Shown here one piece after another: positions 21,608 through 24,000 of a stretch of DNA of 24,000 nucleotides. The notes under the pieces were generated by a model, which saw nothing but the letters and a program-made list of their open reading frames with translations, was not told where the DNA came from and did not search any database. This DNA comes from Christensenellaceae bacterium (GTDB lineage Bacteria; Bacillota; Clostridia; Christensenellales; Borkfalkiaceae). The position numbers were made by a program, and so were the translations under genes. The stretch covers positions 38,486 through 62,485 of the forward strand of contig JAZLAE010000013.1 in the NCBI GenBank assembly GCA_045613025.1, read 5' to 3'. Every line of letters begins with the position of its first letter. The stretch's first letter is position 1.

Positions 21608-22746
21608 AAAACTTAGACGATATTAGAAGTAAAATTGATGAAATAGACGATAACCTTGTAGAACTTTTCCTTTCACGTATGGAACTTTGCGGTGAAGTTG
21701 CTAAAAATAAAATTCAAACGGGTAAAAACGTACAAGATACTTCAAGGGAAGATGCTATCTTATACCGTTTATCTAAAAAAGTTCCAAGCGATATGCAATT
21801 TTACTTAAAGGAATTATATTCAACACTTTTCACTTTAAGTAAATCTTACCAAGGCGTATTGATAAACAAAACGTCTAAAACGGTAGACAAGATTAAAGGC
21901 GTGATTGATAGCGGTATGACTGCTTTTCCTATATCGGCAAGCGTTGCTTGTCAAGGCGTGGCGGGTGCTAATAGCGGTAGCGCGGCTAAAAAAGTTTTTT
22001 CTATTTGCGATATTAGTTATTTTAAAAACTTTGAAGGTGTTTTCTCTGCGGTAGATAAAGGTCTTTGCGACTACGGTGTATTACCTATTGAAAACAGTAC
22101 TGCAGGTTCAGTACTTGAAGTTTACGACCTTATGGCTAAGTATAACTTCTATATCGTGCGTTCTGTAAGGGTAAAAATAAACCATTGCTTAGCAACGGTA
22201 AACGGCGGGGATATTAAGTCTATTAAAAAGGTAATATCTCACTCTCAGGCACTTTCACAATGTAACGAATACGTTAAGAAACTTGGCGTGGAAGCAGAAT
22301 CGGTTGAAAACACTGCCGTTTCCGCTAAAAAGGTTCTTGAAGCAAACGATACTACCCTTGCTTGCTTTTGCTCAAAAGAGTGCGCTGAACTTTACGGCCT
22401 TAAAATTTTAGAAGAAAGCGTGCAAGATAATCAAAGCAACTACACAAGGTTTATCGTAATTAGTAAAGACTTAAAGGTTTTTGATGGTAACGATAAAATT
22501 AGCGTTATGACTACCGCTCCTAACGAAATAGGTAGTTTAAGTAAAATTTTAACGCGTTTTGCTTCGCTTGGTTTAAGTTTAACTAAAATAGAATCACGCC
22601 CTATTATCGGTACTGATTTTGAAGTGTTATTCTACTTCGATTTTGAAGGTAGCGTTAAAGACGGAGGCGTACTCAACTTAATTTCTGAACTTGAGAATGG
22701 TTCACTTAAATTTAAATTCTTAGGTACTTACAAGGAACTTATATGA
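21604..22746 (+). CDS. pheA: Bifunctional chorismate mutase / prephenate dehydratase with a C-terminal ACT domain
   Basis: N-terminal CM_2 helix (LDDIRSKIDEIDDNLVELFLSRMEL), PDT core (VACQGVAGANSGSAA, YGVLPIENSTAGSV, NYTRF), and ACT (GSLSKILTRFASLGLSLTKIESRP). ATGA overlap with aroC. Confidence 0.88.
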   Translation: MKNLDDIRSKIDEIDDNLVELFLSRMELCGEVAKNKIQTGKNVQDTSREDAILYRLSKKVPSDMQFYLKELYSTLFTLSKSYQGVLINKTSKTVDKIKGVIDSGMTAFPISASVACQGVAGANSGSAAKKVFSICDISYFKNFEGVFSAVDKGLCDYGVLPIENSTAGSVLEVYDLMAKYNFYIVRSVRVKINHCLATVNGGDIKSIKKVISHSQALSQCNEYVKKLGVEAESVENTAVSAKKVLEANDTTLACFCSKECAELYGLKILEESVQDNQSNYTRFIVISKDLKVFDGNDKISVMTTAPNEIGSLSKILTRFASLGLSLTKIESRPIIGTDFEVLFYFDFEGSVKDGGVLNLISELENGSLKFKFLGTYKELI

Positions 22747-23969
22747 AATACTGTTTGATAGGGGAGAAACTTGGACACAGTTATTCTAAAATTATCCACG
22801 AAAAACTTGGTTTAAGTTATTCCTTAAAAGAACTTAATAGTAAAGAACTTAAAAACTTCTTATCAAACCCTGATTGTGACGGTTTTAACGTTACTATCCC
22901 TTATAAAAGGGACGTTATACCTTTTATGGATAGTTTATCGCCTACCGCAAGTTTAGCGGGTGCGGTTAACACGGTAGTAAATAAAAACGGCAAACTCTGC
23001 GGTTACAATACCGACGTTGACGGTATGAACTATATGCTAAATAAAGTTGGCGTAAGTGTAAAAGATAAGGTGGTAATGATTTTAGGTGGTGGCGGTACGT
23101 CTAACACGGCGGTTACCCTTTGCAAAAGGGAAAACGCTAAACTTTACCGCGTTGTAAGTAGAAGCGGTGAGATAAACTATCAAAACTGCTATGAATATCA
23201 AGATACTCAAATAATAATAAACACAACCCCTGTAGGAATGTTCCCTAACGTGGAAAGTAAACCGATAGATTTATCTAAATTTTCTAATCTTATAGGTGTG
23301 TTTGATTGCGTTTATAACCCTAAAAACACCGAACTTTTATCGCAAGCCAAAGACCTTAATATCAAAAACAACGGCGGACTTGATATGCTTGTAAAACAAG
23401 CGGTTTTAGCGTATAATATATGGCAAGATAATTCTAAATGTGAAGATATAACTAAAAAAATCGCAAGCGAAATAGACTTTGAAACTAAAAACATAGTCCT
23501 TTCGGGTATGCCGTCGGCGGGTAAAACTACTATAGGCAAAAGCCTTGCTAAAATTCTTAATAAAGAGTTTTACGACAGCGATGATTGTATAAGTGTAACT
23601 TACGGTAAAACCCCTAAAGAGATAATTGAAAGCGACGGCGAAGAAAAGTTTAGGGAGTTAGAAAGCCTTGTTATAAAAGACCTTTCGTTAAAGCGCGGGG
23701 CAGTTATCGCGCTTGGCGGTGGCGCGGTTATTAAAGATATTAACGTTAAAAACTTAAAGCGCAACGGCGTGATTTTCTATATTAAAAGAAACTTAGATTT
23801 ACTTAAAACGGATAGCCGTCCGTTATCGCAAAAACAAGGCGTTAAAGAGTTATACGAAAAAAGAAAAGGCATTTACGAAAGCGTTAGCGACTATATCGTA
23901 GAAAATAGCGGCGATATCGAAAACGCTATTAAGGAGATAATTTCAAATTATGAAAATTCTTGTAATTAA
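22743..23969 (+). CDS. aroE: Fusion: shikimate dehydrogenase (N-terminal) + shikimate kinase (C-terminal)
   Basis: The N-terminal ~245 aa is AroE-like (GHSYSKIIHE, FNVTIPYK, GAVNTV, NTDVDG, LGGGGTSN). The C-terminus has the kinase P-loop VLSGMPSAGKTTIGKSLA, DSDD and LGGGAV. ATGA overlap with pheA. Confidence 0.85.
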   Translation: MKYCLIGEKLGHSYSKIIHEKLGLSYSLKELNSKELKNFLSNPDCDGFNVTIPYKRDVIPFMDSLSPTASLAGAVNTVVNKNGKLCGYNTDVDGMNYMLNKVGVSVKDKVVMILGGGGTSNTAVTLCKRENAKLYRVVSRSGEINYQNCYEYQDTQIIINTTPVGMFPNVESKPIDLSKFSNLIGVFDCVYNPKNTELLSQAKDLNIKNNGGLDMLVKQAVLAYNIWQDNSKCEDITKKIASEIDFETKNIVLSGMPSAGKTTIGKSLAKILNKEFYDSDDCISVTYGKTPKEIIESDGEEKFRELESLVIKDLSLKRGAVIALGGGAVIKDINVKNLKRNGVIFYIKRNLDLLKTDSRPLSQKQGVKELYEKRKGIYESVSDYIVENSGDIENAIKEIISNYENSCN

Positions 23970-24000
23970 CGGTGTAAACCTTAATATGCTTGGTATAAGA
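23950..24000 (+). CDS. aroQ: Type II 3-dehydroquinate dehydratase, 5' fragment (runs off the window)
   Basis: MKILVINGVNLNMLGIR matches the conserved AroQ N-terminus (ILV.NGPNLN.LG.RE pattern). It overlaps the preceding gene by 20 nt. Confidence 0.7.
   Translation, partial: MKILVINGVNLNMLGIR

Noticed and set aside
1-24000. Defence island, prophage or mobile element content.
   Set aside because: Every sizeable ORF has a clear metabolic assignment. No nuclease/helicase/methylase, toxin-antitoxin, recombinase or transposase signatures were seen.

Overview
AT-rich segment of a Bacillota-type chromosome, identified as such by two T-box leaders, sigma-A promoters and GGAGG-type ribosome-binding sites. 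I saw no transposase, integrase, phage, CRISPR or recognisable defence genes. There are three modules.

(1) 2-9306: tandem paralogous AMP-forming medium-chain acyl-CoA synthetases. The complete copy sits behind a T-box, probably Val, and carries an N-terminal XRE-HTH + cupin module. They are followed by a P-loop NTPase, a four-subunit 2-oxoacid:ferredoxin oxidoreductase (VOR-like) and IlvE.

(2) 9685-14862: a Leu (CUC) T-box drives three genes. The first is a LeuA-like protein that has lost the catalytic and metal motifs but keeps the C-terminal LeuA regulatory domain. The second is a fusion of a xylose-isomerase-like TIM barrel to a FadD-type acyl-CoA ligase. The third is an amidohydrolase-2 protein.

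(3) 14897-24000: a divergent class I aminotransferase and a compact aroF-tyrA-aroB-aroA-aroC-pheA-aroE/aroK-aroQ operon. The operon is preceded by a 19-codon Phe/Tyr-rich leader ORF with a four-segment attenuator.

A family of structured intergenic repeats, whose hairpins show compensatory stem changes, follows the stop codons of the module 1 and 2 genes.

Main hypothesis: modules 1 and 2 form a starvation-induced, tRNA-sensed route that assimilates branched short-chain fatty acids into Val/Leu(/Ile) by reductive carboxylation, with unusual regulator-enzyme fusions and a LeuA-derived pseudoenzyme. All functional calls come from reading motifs by eye. No database search was run.
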